Source: an uncultured delta proteobacterium (lineage in GTDB: Bacteria; Desulfobacterota; Binatia; Bin18). Taken from it: 64,000 nt of DNA. The position numbers were made by a program, and so were the translations under genes. Location: positions 32,001 to 96,000 of the forward strand of contig CAVTCR010000073.1 of the NCBI GenBank assembly GCA_963733195.1. Reading direction: 5' to 3'. Each line of letters begins with the position of its first letter. Within the stretch, counting starts at the first letter, position 1. The notes beneath the pieces were generated by a model, which did not search any database, was not told where the DNA came from, and saw nothing but the letters and a program-made list of their open reading frames with translations. This document shows, one piece after another, positions 50,394-60,680 of the stretch.

Positions 50394-51518
50394 TTATGCC
50401 GCGGGAAATCCATACAACCGCACACAATTGTCGTGCACCATCTTGCGCGTATCTGTGTCAGGAATCGACGCGAAGTTATGCGCGACTTTCTTACGTGAGA
50501 ATGGCCACACACCTTCAGTGTGTGGATAGTCTGAGCCCCACATGAGGTTCTCGACTCCCATCAGTTCGCGTGTGAGCACTCCGGCCCGATCGTCCTCAAA
50601 GGTAGCGTAGAACTGTCGGTGAAAATAGGTGCTTGGTGTTTCCGGCAGACGTGGGTCCATCCACCCTTTGTGGTCATCCCACCAGTGGTCCATGAACTCT
50701 AGGGTCGCACCGATCCAGCCAATACCGCTTTCGACCAACGCCCATTTGAGTTTGGGGAATCGCACCGGCGCGCCACCCCAAATGATACGCTGCAAGGTGT
50801 CGTTCATCTCGAACTTGACAATACCAATGATGATGCCGCCTGCACCTGGACCATGGGCGCGACCAAATGGGTCACGCCCACCGATATGCATACTGGCGAC
50901 GACACCCATATCTTGCATTGCAGCCCAGAGTGGGTCCCAATCGGGCAGGTTGTATGGCCGATCATCAACCCAGGCTGGCAGCATGACACTGACTAACCCA
51001 AGCTTGGCGCAGCGTTCAGTTTCGGCAACTGCCCACTCAATCGGCCCACGGCACGGCAGCATGCCGACACCTTTGATTCGGTCAGGATACGGTTTGCAAT
51101 ACTCAGCTAACCAGTCGTTATATGTACGGCAGCACGCATAGAGATACTCTGCGTCCGGCGCGCGCACCAGGGTCAAGCCGACGCCAGGATAGATCACCTC
51201 GCCGGAGACGCCGTCTATGTCCTGGTCTTTCAAGCGTTCATGCGGGTCCCATGTCCCAGGGCGGTTATCCGAATAGCGGTAGCCCTTGGGGGAAGGGATC
51301 TCCATACCTTGGGCTTTCAAGTCTTGCATCGGTCCCTCGAACGCCAGTGGGCGAGGGCGGAGACCGTCGATAACAATGTAATCTCCAGTTTCGTCTAGCA
51401 TTTCGATACGTGGGGCTCTGTCGCGCCACTTTTTGTCCATTCGTGTGAGCCATAAATCTGCCGGCTCAACAATATGTGAGTCCGACGATAGCAAACGGCC
51501 CGTGTACTGCTCGGCCAT
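50394..51518 (-). CDS. Amidohydrolase_2 family protein
   Basis: SSDSHIVEP, MHIG, VESG, MWGSDYPH. Confidence 0.9.
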   Translation of the reverse strand: MAEQYTGRLLSSDSHIVEPADLWLTRMDKKWRDRAPRIEMLDETGDYIVIDGLRPRPLAFEGPMQDLKAQGMEIPSPKGYRYSDNRPGTWDPHERLKDQDIDGVSGEVIYPGVGLTLVRAPDAEYLYACCRTYNDWLAEYCKPYPDRIKGVGMLPCRGPIEWAVAETERCAKLGLVSVMLPAWVDDRPYNLPDWDPLWAAMQDMGVVASMHIGGRDPFGRAHGPGAGGIIIGIVKFEMNDTLQRIIWGGAPVRFPKLKWALVESGIGWIGATLEFMDHWWDDHKGWMDPRLPETPSTYFHRQFYATFEDDRAGVLTRELMGVENLMWGSDYPHTEGVWPFSRKKVAHNFASIPDTDTRKMVHDNCVRLYGFPAA

Positions 51519-51592
51519 GAGTCCTCCTTCGGAGAATGAAGATGAATGAAGAATTGAAGAATGAAAAGAAGTTTTTCATTCTTAATTCTTCA

Positions 51593-52054
51593 TTATTCTC
51601 TAATTCTTTCTCGCATAGCGACCTTGTTACAGGTACACGAGCCGACTTGATGAAGCTCAATGACATTACCGAACGGGTCTTGCACGAAAACTTGATCGGA
51701 ATTGGGACCGACCAGTCCTTTGATCTGCCAATGCCAGAGACCGCGATCTTCAAGTTCTTTCTTGGCTTCTTGGATATTTTCGACAGCGAGGGCAACGTGC
51801 GGTAGCGTCGGATCTTCTTTGTCACTGCGAGCCATTGGCGATCGCCCCTGCGCGCCCATGAGATGAATCTGCGTAGTCTGCTCACCCTGGCCGATGTACA
51901 TCCAGAAGCCGGGAATCGAAGGAATGTTGGGGCGGTGCGAATCGGTATGTAGACCTAACACGTCGGTGTAGAACATGCGGGCTTTCTCGACATCTTCTGG
52001 TGACGTACCGATGCGGATACCGTGATGGTGTAGTTCAACGACTTTTATAGACAT
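51593..52054 (-). CDS. VOC/glyoxalase family protein
   Basis: HHHGI, FYTDVLGL, HVALAV, QDPFGNVIEL. Confidence 0.9.
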   Translation of the reverse strand: MSIKVVELHHHGIRIGTSPEDVEKARMFYTDVLGLHTDSHRPNIPSIPGFWMYIGQGEQTTQIHLMGAQGRSPMARSDKEDPTLPHVALAVENIQEAKKELEDRGLWHWQIKGLVGPNSDQVFVQDPFGNVIELHQVGSCTCNKVAMRERIRE

Positions 52055-52217
52055 AACACCCTCCTTAACGGGATTAGATTGTCAGCGCGAATACCTTTGC
52101 TATAGCACAGGATTCCGTCACCAGAGAAGGGTCAACGGTTCCTTTTGTAAGGTTGTTCGCTGCCTACATTCGTGGTACAGGCGAGCAATTGCTGTCACTC
52201 TTCTAAGGAGGATTGGT

Positions 52218-52697
52218 ATGAGCACGACCCAGGCAACAAGTGGTCCAGAGGACCTGTTGGTGCGGTGTAAAGATTTGCCGTGGCATGAACTTGGTCCGGG
52301 AACCCACTTCAAGTTACTACGCGTGAGCCCAGAAACTGGTGTGTGGACTTCGCTCATTAGGATGGAATCCGGCTCACGGTTTTCTGCGCATAAACACCTC
52401 GGTGCCGCTGAGTTCTTCGTTGTCAAAGGATCATTTGACTATCGTGGCGGGACAGCTCGAGCTGGAGACTATGGCTACGAGCCACTTGGGGCGGTCCATG
52501 GAGCGACGACCTGTACTGAGGAGTCGGAGTATATCATCACGACCTATGGTCCGATCGCATTTCTCAATGAAGATGGATCAATCCAAATGGTATACGACTT
52601 TGAAGCAGCGAAACGCTTGTGGGATGAACAGCAGTCGGGCCAGTCAGGCAGCCTAAAGCTGAGTGTGGACGTGCAACCTGGGCGGCGGGGGCACTGA
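52218..52697 (+). CDS. Cupin, 2,4'-dihydroxyacetophenone dioxygenase/ChrR-like
   Basis: HKHLG..E, GDYGYEPLGAVH. Confidence 0.8.
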   Translation: MSTTQATSGPEDLLVRCKDLPWHELGPGTHFKLLRVSPETGVWTSLIRMESGSRFSAHKHLGAAEFFVVKGSFDYRGGTARAGDYGYEPLGAVHGATTCTEESEYIITTYGPIAFLNEDGSIQMVYDFEAAKRLWDEQQSGQSGSLKLSVDVQPGRRGH

Positions 52698-52710
52698 CCT
52701 AAGCGTCTAG

Positions 52711-52869
52711 AGTCGAGACAAGTCTAGGGCGAGTCTTGGATCAGTCCCAAACAAGTCGCGGACAAGTCAAAGGCAAGTCTCTCCTGACAGCTAAAACTGA
52801 CTGTCTTCGATCTGCCCCAGAGTTGCTTAAGACTTGTCTTTGACTGGCCTAAGACCTGTTTGCGACTTG
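52711..52869. repeat. Inverted 11-bp-period CAAGTC/GACTTG arrays
   Basis: AGTC at 52711, 52721, 52732, 52743, 52754, 52765, 52776; complementary units at 52809, 52820, 52831, 52842, 52853, 52864. Confidence 0.8.
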
Positions 52870-52891
52870 CTGTTGATAATAAGGAGGGGAA

Positions 52892-54185
52892 ATGCCTAGG
52901 CCGGTCCGCTACCGTATCGTCGGACTCATCTTTCTACTTGCGCTCATCAACCATATCGATCGTGCGAATATCTCGATTGCTGCTCCGGTGATGATGCGTG
53001 AGCTGGGCTGGAGTGAAGCCCTTTTCGGCGTGATCTTCTCTGCCTTTTTGTGGGGCTATACCGTCATCCAACTTCCTGGCGGATATATCGCTGATCGTTT
53101 CGGCGGTAAGTTGATTCCCTATTTGTGTCTTGGCTGGTCAATCGCGACGTTTCTCACTCCGCTCGGTGCCACTTCATTTTATCTCATGCTAGCGTTGCGG
53201 TTTTTGGTCGGGGCCTTTGAAGCGCCGATTGTTCCAGCGATGAGTATCACTAATGCAGCATGGGTCCCACGACACGAACTCGCCCGTGCGCAGACAATCA
53301 TTCCTGCCGCGTTAAACGCAGGCATTATGATTGGCTATCCATTAGTGACGAGCGTAACGGCAGCATTTGGCTGGCCAGCGGTCTTTTATCTTTGTGGTGG
53401 TATTGGCATCGTCTGGGCGTTTATCTGGATGTGGGACGGTCGTGGTACACCAGAGGAACATCCGTCAGTGACATCAGAGGAACTTGTCTATATTCAAGCC
53501 GGACGTGTGAAACCAGCATCTGAACATCATGGATGGGGACCAGTGTTGCGTTCTCCACGAGTGTGGACGTTGGCGATATCTTACACACTTTGGGTCTACA
53601 ACATGTGGCTGATGGCCTCATGGCTTCCTTCATACTTGGTGAAGGGAAGGGGATTCTCAGTGAATGAGATGGGAGTACTTGGTGGAGCAATCACCGGGGC
53701 CGCACTAGTTGGCACGGTAGCCGGTGGATGGTTGTCGGATATGCTGTTGCGTCGTGGTTTTAGTGCGAATACGGCACGGAAAACCTTTCCCGATAATTTG
53801 CATGCTCACTGGCGCCCCGCTAATGGTACTCGGCGTGAGTGTTGAGTCTCCATGGTTATGTGTTGCGTTCCTCATGGGAGCACGACTGTTCAACGATTCT
53901 GCTCTCGCAGGATATATGAGCTTACCCACTGAGATGAGTCCGCGGCATTTAGGAGCGATATGGGGATGTATGAGCACATTCGGCAGTTTGGCGGGGATGG
54001 TTGCGGCGATGCTGGCTGGGTATCAAGTGACAGCGACCGGAAACTGGGCGTTACCTTTTTACACCGCAGCGGCTGGAATCATGGCTGCGGCGGCGGTGAT
54101 GGCCTTAGGCGTTTCGGCTCAGCCGCTCGTGCTCGACGAACCGAAACGCGTTTCTGCGATTCGGCCGGAACCGGCGAAGGGGTGA
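52892..54185 (+). CDS. MFS transporter, ACS family (frameshift near 53788)
   Basis: IDRANISIA, GYIADRFG, PEEHPSV..EL; second frame resumes PIICMLTG. Confidence 0.85.
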
Positions 54186-54225
54186 TGAAGAATAGTATCA
54201 AAAAATGAGGTAGGAGAATCAATCC

Positions 54226-55113
54226 TCAGCGCCGTGTCGCGACGAGAATCCCGCTCAGGACGATCACGCCACCGATAAGGTGAGGGATGGTGATGGTCTC
54301 ATTGAGGAACACATAGGCGATTCCAATCGCCATCACTGGTACTAAATTGAGAAAGATTCCCGCGCGACTTGGGCCGAGAGTCGAGACTGCATCATAGAAC
54401 CAAAAGTGTGCAAATGTTCCCAGGACTGTCTGATAAGCAATAGCGATCCACGACGCCCAAGTTGTTTCTGCGAAATTCCACTGCTGTCGTTCCAGAAACC
54501 AACACGCGACGATCAGCCAGAGTGCACCAGCCATATAAGCATACGTCGTCGCTGCCAGGGGCGAGATGCGAAGCATGAGCTGACGTCCATAAATGGTGTA
54601 AGCTCCCCAGCTCACTTGCGTCCCTAAGAGAATCAAGTCACCAAGGTTGTACTGACTGCTAGTAACAACCTCCCACGATCCACGGGTGACGATGACGCTT
54701 ACGCCAATGACGGAGAGAACGATACCAGCAACTGCTCGTTGCGCGAGTCGTTCTTTCAAGAAAACAAACGAGAGGATTGCTAGCGTGACAGGCGATGCTG
54801 CGTTCAATAACGCGGCGTTCGTCACGGTGGTCAATTGCAAACCGTAATAACTGCAGCCTACTCCAACGAGATAACCTGCTGCCCCAAGGAGAAGAAAACT
54901 GCCAACGAAGGAAGGAGTCCACTCCACACGATGAGCGGGATTCCGTCCCATATACAACAACAACAGACCGGTGCCGAGTGTCAAGCGAATCGCGCCGATG
55001 GTCAGTGGTGGGACACTTTGCAACGCGATTTTCCCCGTCGGCATCAGCCCTGCCCAGACGAAGGTGACGAGCGTGAGGAGCAAAAACGCCCGAGTTTCAC
55101 GTGATTTTTGCAT
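54226..55113 (-). CDS. DMT/EamA family transporter
   Basis: Two EamA repeats, FLKER and FLNET motifs. Confidence 0.9.
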   Translation of the reverse strand: MQKSRETRAFLLLTLVTFVWAGLMPTGKIALQSVPPLTIGAIRLTLGTGLLLLYMGRNPAHRVEWTPSFVGSFLLLGAAGYLVGVGCSYYGLQLTTVTNAALLNAASPVTLAILSFVFLKERLAQRAVAGIVLSVIGVSVIVTRGSWEVVTSSQYNLGDLILLGTQVSWGAYTIYGRQLMLRISPLAATTYAYMAGALWLIVACWFLERQQWNFAETTWASWIAIAYQTVLGTFAHFWFYDAVSTLGPSRAGIFLNLVPVMAIGIAYVFLNETITIPHLIGGVIVLSGILVATRR

Positions 55114-55298
55114 AAGGAGGGGCAATGTAGCAGAACAAGAGCGGAGCAGGCAGAGGAGATGGCCAAAATGCTGGAGTAATGAACCGGAAAATCACAATCA
55201 AAGGTCAAAGGCACGAGAAAGTGACATTAGCAACTTTGTCAGTATTTGCTATTTGACTCTGGACTTCAGACGCTGGACTCTCTTTTTGACTTTGTGAT

Positions 55299-55940
55299 CT
55301 ACCAGTATTGCCACTGCTGTGTCGTTAAGACATAGACCCCTAACAGAAAGTTTGTCACAGCATGGGCGACGATACATGAGAATAATGACTTTGTCCGATA
55401 CAACAGCAGTGTGTAGAGCAGCCCTGCAACCATTCCGGCAAACCACTGATTATGCTCGACCCCGAATAATGCCACCGAAATTGCTAGTGCTGATGCGGTG
55501 AATGTCCCCAGCGGGACTTGACGGAAGTCTGGGTTGACCAGATACCGCAACAGAAAAGAGCGCCAGAACAGTTCTTCCATCACCGGCACGACAATTGATG
55601 ATCCAAGCAAGCGAATCGCAATCCACGGCAGCGCCAACGATCCGGCCAATTCGTAAGGATTCACAATCTCCGGTTCACTCATCAACAGATACCCACCATA
55701 GAGTGGGATCCACAACAAAAACACGACGATGCCAACTGTGATAGCAAGCAAAGAGAACTCAGGTTTGATTTCACTATAGGTTTTCCTGAACCATAAGAGG
55801 AGACCACCAGCGACAATAGTCTTGAGCGGATACACCCACAGGAGACTATTCGGAACCCAACGCGCGAGTTCAGTGAGGAGCAGAAAAACTGCAAATGGAA
55901 GAACGTATGGGACGGCTGGATGCGAGAGTAGTGAAGGCAT
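55299..55940 (-). CDS. CAAX prenyl protease-related (Abi) protein, exosortase-system-associated type
   Basis: PYVLPF, VPVMEELFWRSFL, FGVEH, AHAVTN. Confidence 0.85.
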   Translation of the reverse strand: MPSLLSHPAVPYVLPFAVFLLLTELARWVPNSLLWVYPLKTIVAGGLLLWFRKTYSEIKPEFSLLAITVGIVVFLLWIPLYGGYLLMSEPEIVNPYELAGSLALPWIAIRLLGSSIVVPVMEELFWRSFLLRYLVNPDFRQVPLGTFTASALAISVALFGVEHNQWFAGMVAGLLYTLLLYRTKSLFSCIVAHAVTNFLLGVYVLTTQQWQYW

Positions 55941-56570
55941 AAGGATCAGTCTGGAGTTAAGAGCTCGTGAAATTCCAAATCGCATTCAATCAACAGCGGG
56001 TAAGTGATACGCTTGCGGAAGTAATCGGCATCGTTGCACGAATCATTAAACCGCTTGGGTTTTTAAGCACTTACGAAAAATGACCAAAGACACTAAGTCT
56101 GTGAAAAGATTAGATTTCAAATATTCATGCAACCAAGCTGAAGTAATCCATAAAGAGAAGAGAGTGCATGAGTAATGATGAAAGGGTGTGTCGGCCCCTT
56201 GTTCGTTATGGGGAGATCGTTTCCGTATTTGGAATTCACTCGCTTTTGTCTGTCGGTGAGCTTCCTACTAGATGTTCAGTACTAGGGAGACGGATTTGGT
56301 GATCGATAGAAGCCGTCTCAAGTTTGAACCTTCGTCAACGAAACGGTTGCGTCTAAATATGGTGAGTAGAAACAAAAGACGGTTAGACCCAAAAGGGCGG
56401 AAGGTTGTGAGGAGAGAGGATCTCAGCAAAGGGGAAAGGGATGTCTGATCAATAGGGGTCCGCGGGAGCAATTCTATGCTCTTCTTCTCTTCCCTTAGCT
56501 TGTGCCCCCTGCGTACGGACCCCACCAGGAACACAAGAGGCTATGTGTGTATTTACGAGTGGTAGATCAT

Positions 56571-57555
56571 TAGACATTATGCGGAATAACTTTCGCTCAT
56601 GTTCGCAGCCGCCGTTTGCGGTACCGTACGCGGAGATTGTGTAACCGAGAGGCGACAACCATTACCAAGTCTGAGAAGTCCTCTTTGGTATTGTGAAGAC
56701 TCCTTCACGATCCGGGAGCGTTTCACGCCTGCTAGGGCATGCTCCACGCGGACCCGGACGCGCGACAGTTTGCGGTTGTGGCGCTTTTGCCCACGGGTTA
56801 ACGTGCCCTTGCGCGGCTTTTTTTCGGTTGGTGGGTCTGCTGCACTTTGGGTTCATACCCCTGAAAGCCGGTGTCCTGATACAGGATCGTTCCCGGAGGA
56901 TAGCGAAGCGGTTCAGTATCGACGATCTTTTTGTCATGCATTTTCCCGGCATACGTCTGACTCAAATAGCCCACGCGCTTGGTCTTGGCATTGACCACCA
57001 CGATGTTCTTGTCACTATGCGTTTTCTGCTTGCCGCTGTAGTGCAAGGCCTGTTTTGCCGGGTTTTTCGGGCGCTGACGCCGCCGATCGGTGCCGTCGAT
57101 AATCAGCTCCGCCGTTTCCTGGTGGCGGTGTTCATGGGGAGCAAACTTGTCAGGCTCGCGAGTCGGCAAGCACGCCCAACTCGTCCAGCGCTTGCTGCAG
57201 AATCGGCAGCAACCGATGGATCCACCGGTTCACGCGTGACTGGCTCAGTCCAAAGACCTCGCCCAGCAGCGCCTGCAGAGGATAGGTCTTCTGATACACC
57301 AGGCTAAACAGCAGTTTCTGCTCTGTCGTCCTCAGCTGCCCTTTGCGACCGCCTCCCGCCTGTCGCTTGCGGACTACTGCCGTCCGCAGTTTTGTCCTCC
57401 GGGTATACGGTCGCATAGGCGGTGCGAAACGCCTGATGCAACACGACAAACTCTTTGCGTGTCAGCCCCGTCAACGCCAACAATCGTCGTCGGTCTTTTT
57501 TCAATCGGTTATATTCAAGCACCAACCCATTGTAGCTTATTTCGCATAATGTCTA
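56571..57555 (-). mobile_element. IS5-family (ISL2 group) insertion sequence with frameshifted transposase
   Basis: 19-bp inverted ends TAGACATTATGCGGAATAA (56571-56589) / TTATTTCGCATAATGTCTA (57537-57555), terminal TA probably the target duplication; fragments LTGL, GGGRK, IIDGTD, YSGK, HDKK, DTGFQG, RVEH. Confidence 0.9.
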
Positions 57556-57630
57556 TTGTATACCCACAAGCTACCAAGATTATAGGGAGAAAGAAAATCT
57601 CCCGTTCGATAGACAAGAGAGTACTAATTC

Positions 57631-58857
57631 TTAGCTCAATTCTCGGCTGGAGTAGCCGAGAATCCGGCGGGCGATGATTAACAAATTGATTTGCTGTGTT
57701 CCTTCGAAAATGTCGTTGATTTTCGCGTCGCGCATCCACTTTTCTAGTAACACTTTGCGCGAATACCCCAGGGGACCAAGCAGCTCGACTGCTTTTTGGG
57801 TGACACGGGTGACCATGAGACCGGCTTTGGCCTTGGCCATCGAAGCTTCCAGATTATTGCGCATTCCTTGGTCAATCATCCACGCGGCCCGCCATGTCAG
57901 CAGCCGCGCGGCTTGTAAGTCCGCCTCCATTTCCATGAAGTCTCGTTCGAGGGTCGTAAGCTTGGTCGGCGGCACATGATAGCGGATCGTGACCCCTTCT
58001 TGAGTAAGACTTTCGCGTACCAAGTCAACCGCGGCTCGGGCAATACCTAGGGCGCTTGCGGCCACAAGTGGCCGGGTGGCGTCGAATGTTGCCATCACGC
58101 CTTTAAAGCCTTCGGTTGACTGTTGAACCTCAGGGCTACCCAAAATGTTATCGAGAGGAATGCGACAGTCTTCAAAAACAAGCATGGCGGTATCCGATGC
58201 GCGGATCCCCATCTTGTTTTCCACCTTAGCAACAGTCATCCCCGGTGTGTGATGATCGACCACAAACGCTTTGATCCCGGCGCGACCAGCCGATTTATCA
58301 ACCGTAGCCCAGACTACGACGAACCCTTCTGATTTTTCAACGGCCATGAGCCCGCTGGTACAGAAGATTTTCGTACCATTTAACACCCAGTGATCTCCAT
58401 CCCGCACCGCCGTAGTCGTGATTGCCGCCGAGTCTGACCCACATCCGGGCTCAGTGATTGCCATCGCGCCCCACTTTGGCTCGCCGTCGCGGAATCGAGC
58501 CAAGAAGCGTTCTTTCTGTTCTGGCGTCCCGGCGGCCATGACCGCTGCTCCGCCAAGTCCGGAGTTCGGAATGCTCAAATAGAGCCCAGCGTCTCCCCAC
58601 GAGAGTTCTTCGATCAAGACTACCGCACGTAGGGTACGCTCAGAAGGCTTTCTTTCACTTTTTGTCGACTTTTTCTCGCTCTCTCCGAAACTGATCATGC
58701 TCTTGGAGCCGTTCCACATCATCGTGAGCCATTCCATCGGTTTTTCGTGTTCATGTTCATCATACTCACGTGAGATCGGTCGCATCGTTGAATCTGCAAC
58801 CAGATGGATCATCTGTTGGGTGTTGGCAATTTCGGGAGAGAGGGTGAAGTCAATCAT
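57631..58857 (-). CDS. Acyl-CoA dehydrogenase, FadE23-like
   Basis: MAITEPGCGSD, LNGTKIF, KMGIRASDT, DIFEGT. Confidence 0.9.
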   Translation of the reverse strand: MIDFTLSPEIANTQQMIHLVADSTMRPISREYDEHEHEKPMEWLTMMWNGSKSMISFGESEKKSTKSERKPSERTLRAVVLIEELSWGDAGLYLSIPNSGLGGAAVMAAGTPEQKERFLARFRDGEPKWGAMAITEPGCGSDSAAITTTAVRDGDHWVLNGTKIFCTSGLMAVEKSEGFVVVWATVDKSAGRAGIKAFVVDHHTPGMTVAKVENKMGIRASDTAMLVFEDCRIPLDNILGSPEVQQSTEGFKGVMATFDATRPLVAASALGIARAAVDLVRESLTQEGVTIRYHVPPTKLTTLERDFMEMEADLQAARLLTWRAAWMIDQGMRNNLEASMAKAKAGLMVTRVTQKAVELLGPLGYSRKVLLEKWMRDAKINDIFEGTQQINLLIIARRILGYSSRELS

Positions 58858-59013
58858 TAGACCTCCAAAAAAAGTAAGAAGTGCTGAGGATTAAGTTAAA
58901 AAGGCAGAAGTCGAAATGTAAGAGACAGAAAAGAAAATGAGGAATATCGCCATCTTTTTTATACTGAATTCCGGCTCCTCATTTCTTTTTACTCAGTCCT
59001 CGTCACTCATAAC

Positions 59014-60117
59014 TTAAATCATTGCTATTCCTTCAAACGTTGCGAATCCGCGTGCATTACGTAGCCAGAGTTCAACGAAATGGTCGCGAATATAGCCATG
59101 CCCGCCTAAGACTTGCAGGGCATTATCAGTCACTTTTAGTGCCATGTTGGCGGCATAGTTCTTGGCCAAACAGGCTTCTCGTGTCGCTACTGAGAGGAGT
59201 CCGGTTGGGACATCCTGACCGGCATCGATTTTCCAGGCTGCTTCCCAGGCTAACAGACGTGCAGCGTCTATCTCTACTGCCATCTCTGCCAACATGAAGG
59301 CAATTGCCTGTTTCTGGGCGATTGCTGAACCAAAGGCACGGCGTTCCTTGGCATACGTAGTTGCGTATTCAAACGCTGCACGGGCGACACCCACAGCCAA
59401 CGAAGCTAGAGCCACGCGTGAGCGATTTAGCAGAGGAGATAGGTTACCAACAAGACGAGTGCTCGCTGGTACGCGACAGTTATCCAGAGTCAGTTCATAT
59501 GTTGCGATGGCCTTCAGGCCCATATTCTTTTCTCGCTCGTTGATGGTGAGTCCAGGAGTGCCAGGCGGGACAACAAAAACACTCAAACCTTCGGCGTCGC
59601 GAGCATAGACCAACACATGCTGCGCGTCGGTAGCGAGTGGGACGAAGCACTTGGTACCATTCAGTAGAATATCTCCATTAGCGGCTGTAGCGGTTGTAGT
59701 GAGTTCGTTGATATCAAAGCCAAAGCGTGGTTCAATGACCGCTGCTGTTCCTGCGGTAAAATCACTTCCAGTGTATGTACGAAGCATCTGCTGTTGGGTC
59801 TCGTTGCCCAGGGCAATCAGCGGTTGTGTGACCAAGTGAGGTGCGAGTACATGCAAAGCAATCGACAGATCTCCCCAGGCGAGTTCTTCGCAGACTAGTG
59901 AGCCGGTAATGGCAGATGGTGTTTCCCCGACGCCACCAAAGGCTTCAGGGATTGTGCTCTGAACGAGGCCAAGTTCCCAGGCTTGTTGGACAAGGGACGA
60001 TGGAATTTGCCCATTTTCATCAGCTTCTCGTGCCACTGGACGAATCTGCTCACGAGCGAACGTGGCAACCGTGTCACGGATAAGTTGCTGTTCTTCTGTT
60101 GGTTGAAACCCTACCAT
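59014..60117 (-). CDS. Acyl-CoA dehydrogenase, FadE24-like partner
   Basis: LAWGD, LNGTKCFVP, LGGHGYIRD; truncated C-terminus FATFEGIAMI. Confidence 0.85.
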   Translation of the reverse strand: MVGFQPTEEQQLIRDTVATFAREQIRPVAREADENGQIPSSLVQQAWELGLVQSTIPEAFGGVGETPSAITGSLVCEELAWGDLSIALHVLAPHLVTQPLIALGNETQQQMLRTYTGSDFTAGTAAVIEPRFGFDINELTTTATAANGDILLNGTKCFVPLATDAQHVLVYARDAEGLSVFVVPPGTPGLTINEREKNMGLKAIATYELTLDNCRVPASTRLVGNLSPLLNRSRVALASLAVGVARAAFEYATTYAKERRAFGSAIAQKQAIAFMLAEMAVEIDAARLLAWEAAWKIDAGQDVPTGLLSVATREACLAKNYAANMALKVTDNALQVLGGHGYIRDHFVELWLRNARGFATFEGIAMI

Positions 60118-60337
60118 AGTGGAAATCTCCTCCTGTTACCCTAGCGAATCGTTAAGGTGGGCGTCTAGTACGACCGACCTTCAGTACGATAACAAGGTCG
60201 CTTTTCTCGCTACAGACCGCATGGTAGGCTTCATTCCCGCCGATTGCTGGAAGGTGACACCAGTTCCTATTCTTGCTCTCCACCAATGTGGTGGACAGTC
60301 ATACGGCGAAACGAACTTGCATTCTAAGAGGTGCAGT

Positions 60338-60648
60338 ATGGATTTTACTTTCACACCAGAACAGGAAGCCTTTCGGGTGCATTTGCGCAACTCAACGGCA
60401 AAGTCCCTGGACCGGAAAGTTCGTTCGGTAAATTGCATGCGACCGAACTCAACCTGCGTGTCGCGATGTTTGCCGAAGAGTTACTTGGACCGTATAGCCA
60501 GTTAGAACGTGGATCGATTGGTAGTGTTGAAAATGGCCGCTGGCTCTATCGTGCCCTACGCGCTCGTGGACTCACCATTGCCGCCGGGTCAAGCGAAATT
60601 CAACACAACATCATCGGCGAGCGCGTGCTTAAGTTGCCGAAGGGGTAG
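60338..60648 (+). pseudogene. Acyl-CoA dehydrogenase remnant with large internal deletion
   Basis: MDFTFTPEQEAFRVHLRN joined out of frame to C-terminal PGPESSFGKL...TIAAGSSEIQHNIIGERVLKLPKG. Confidence 0.8.
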
Positions 60649-60680
60649 AGAATCCGGCTCCACGTAGGTCAGTGAAATAA

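Noticed and set aside
52711-52869. Possible CRISPR array
   Set aside because: Units are 11 bp and degenerate, with no 23-47 bp repeats, unique spacers or cas genes.
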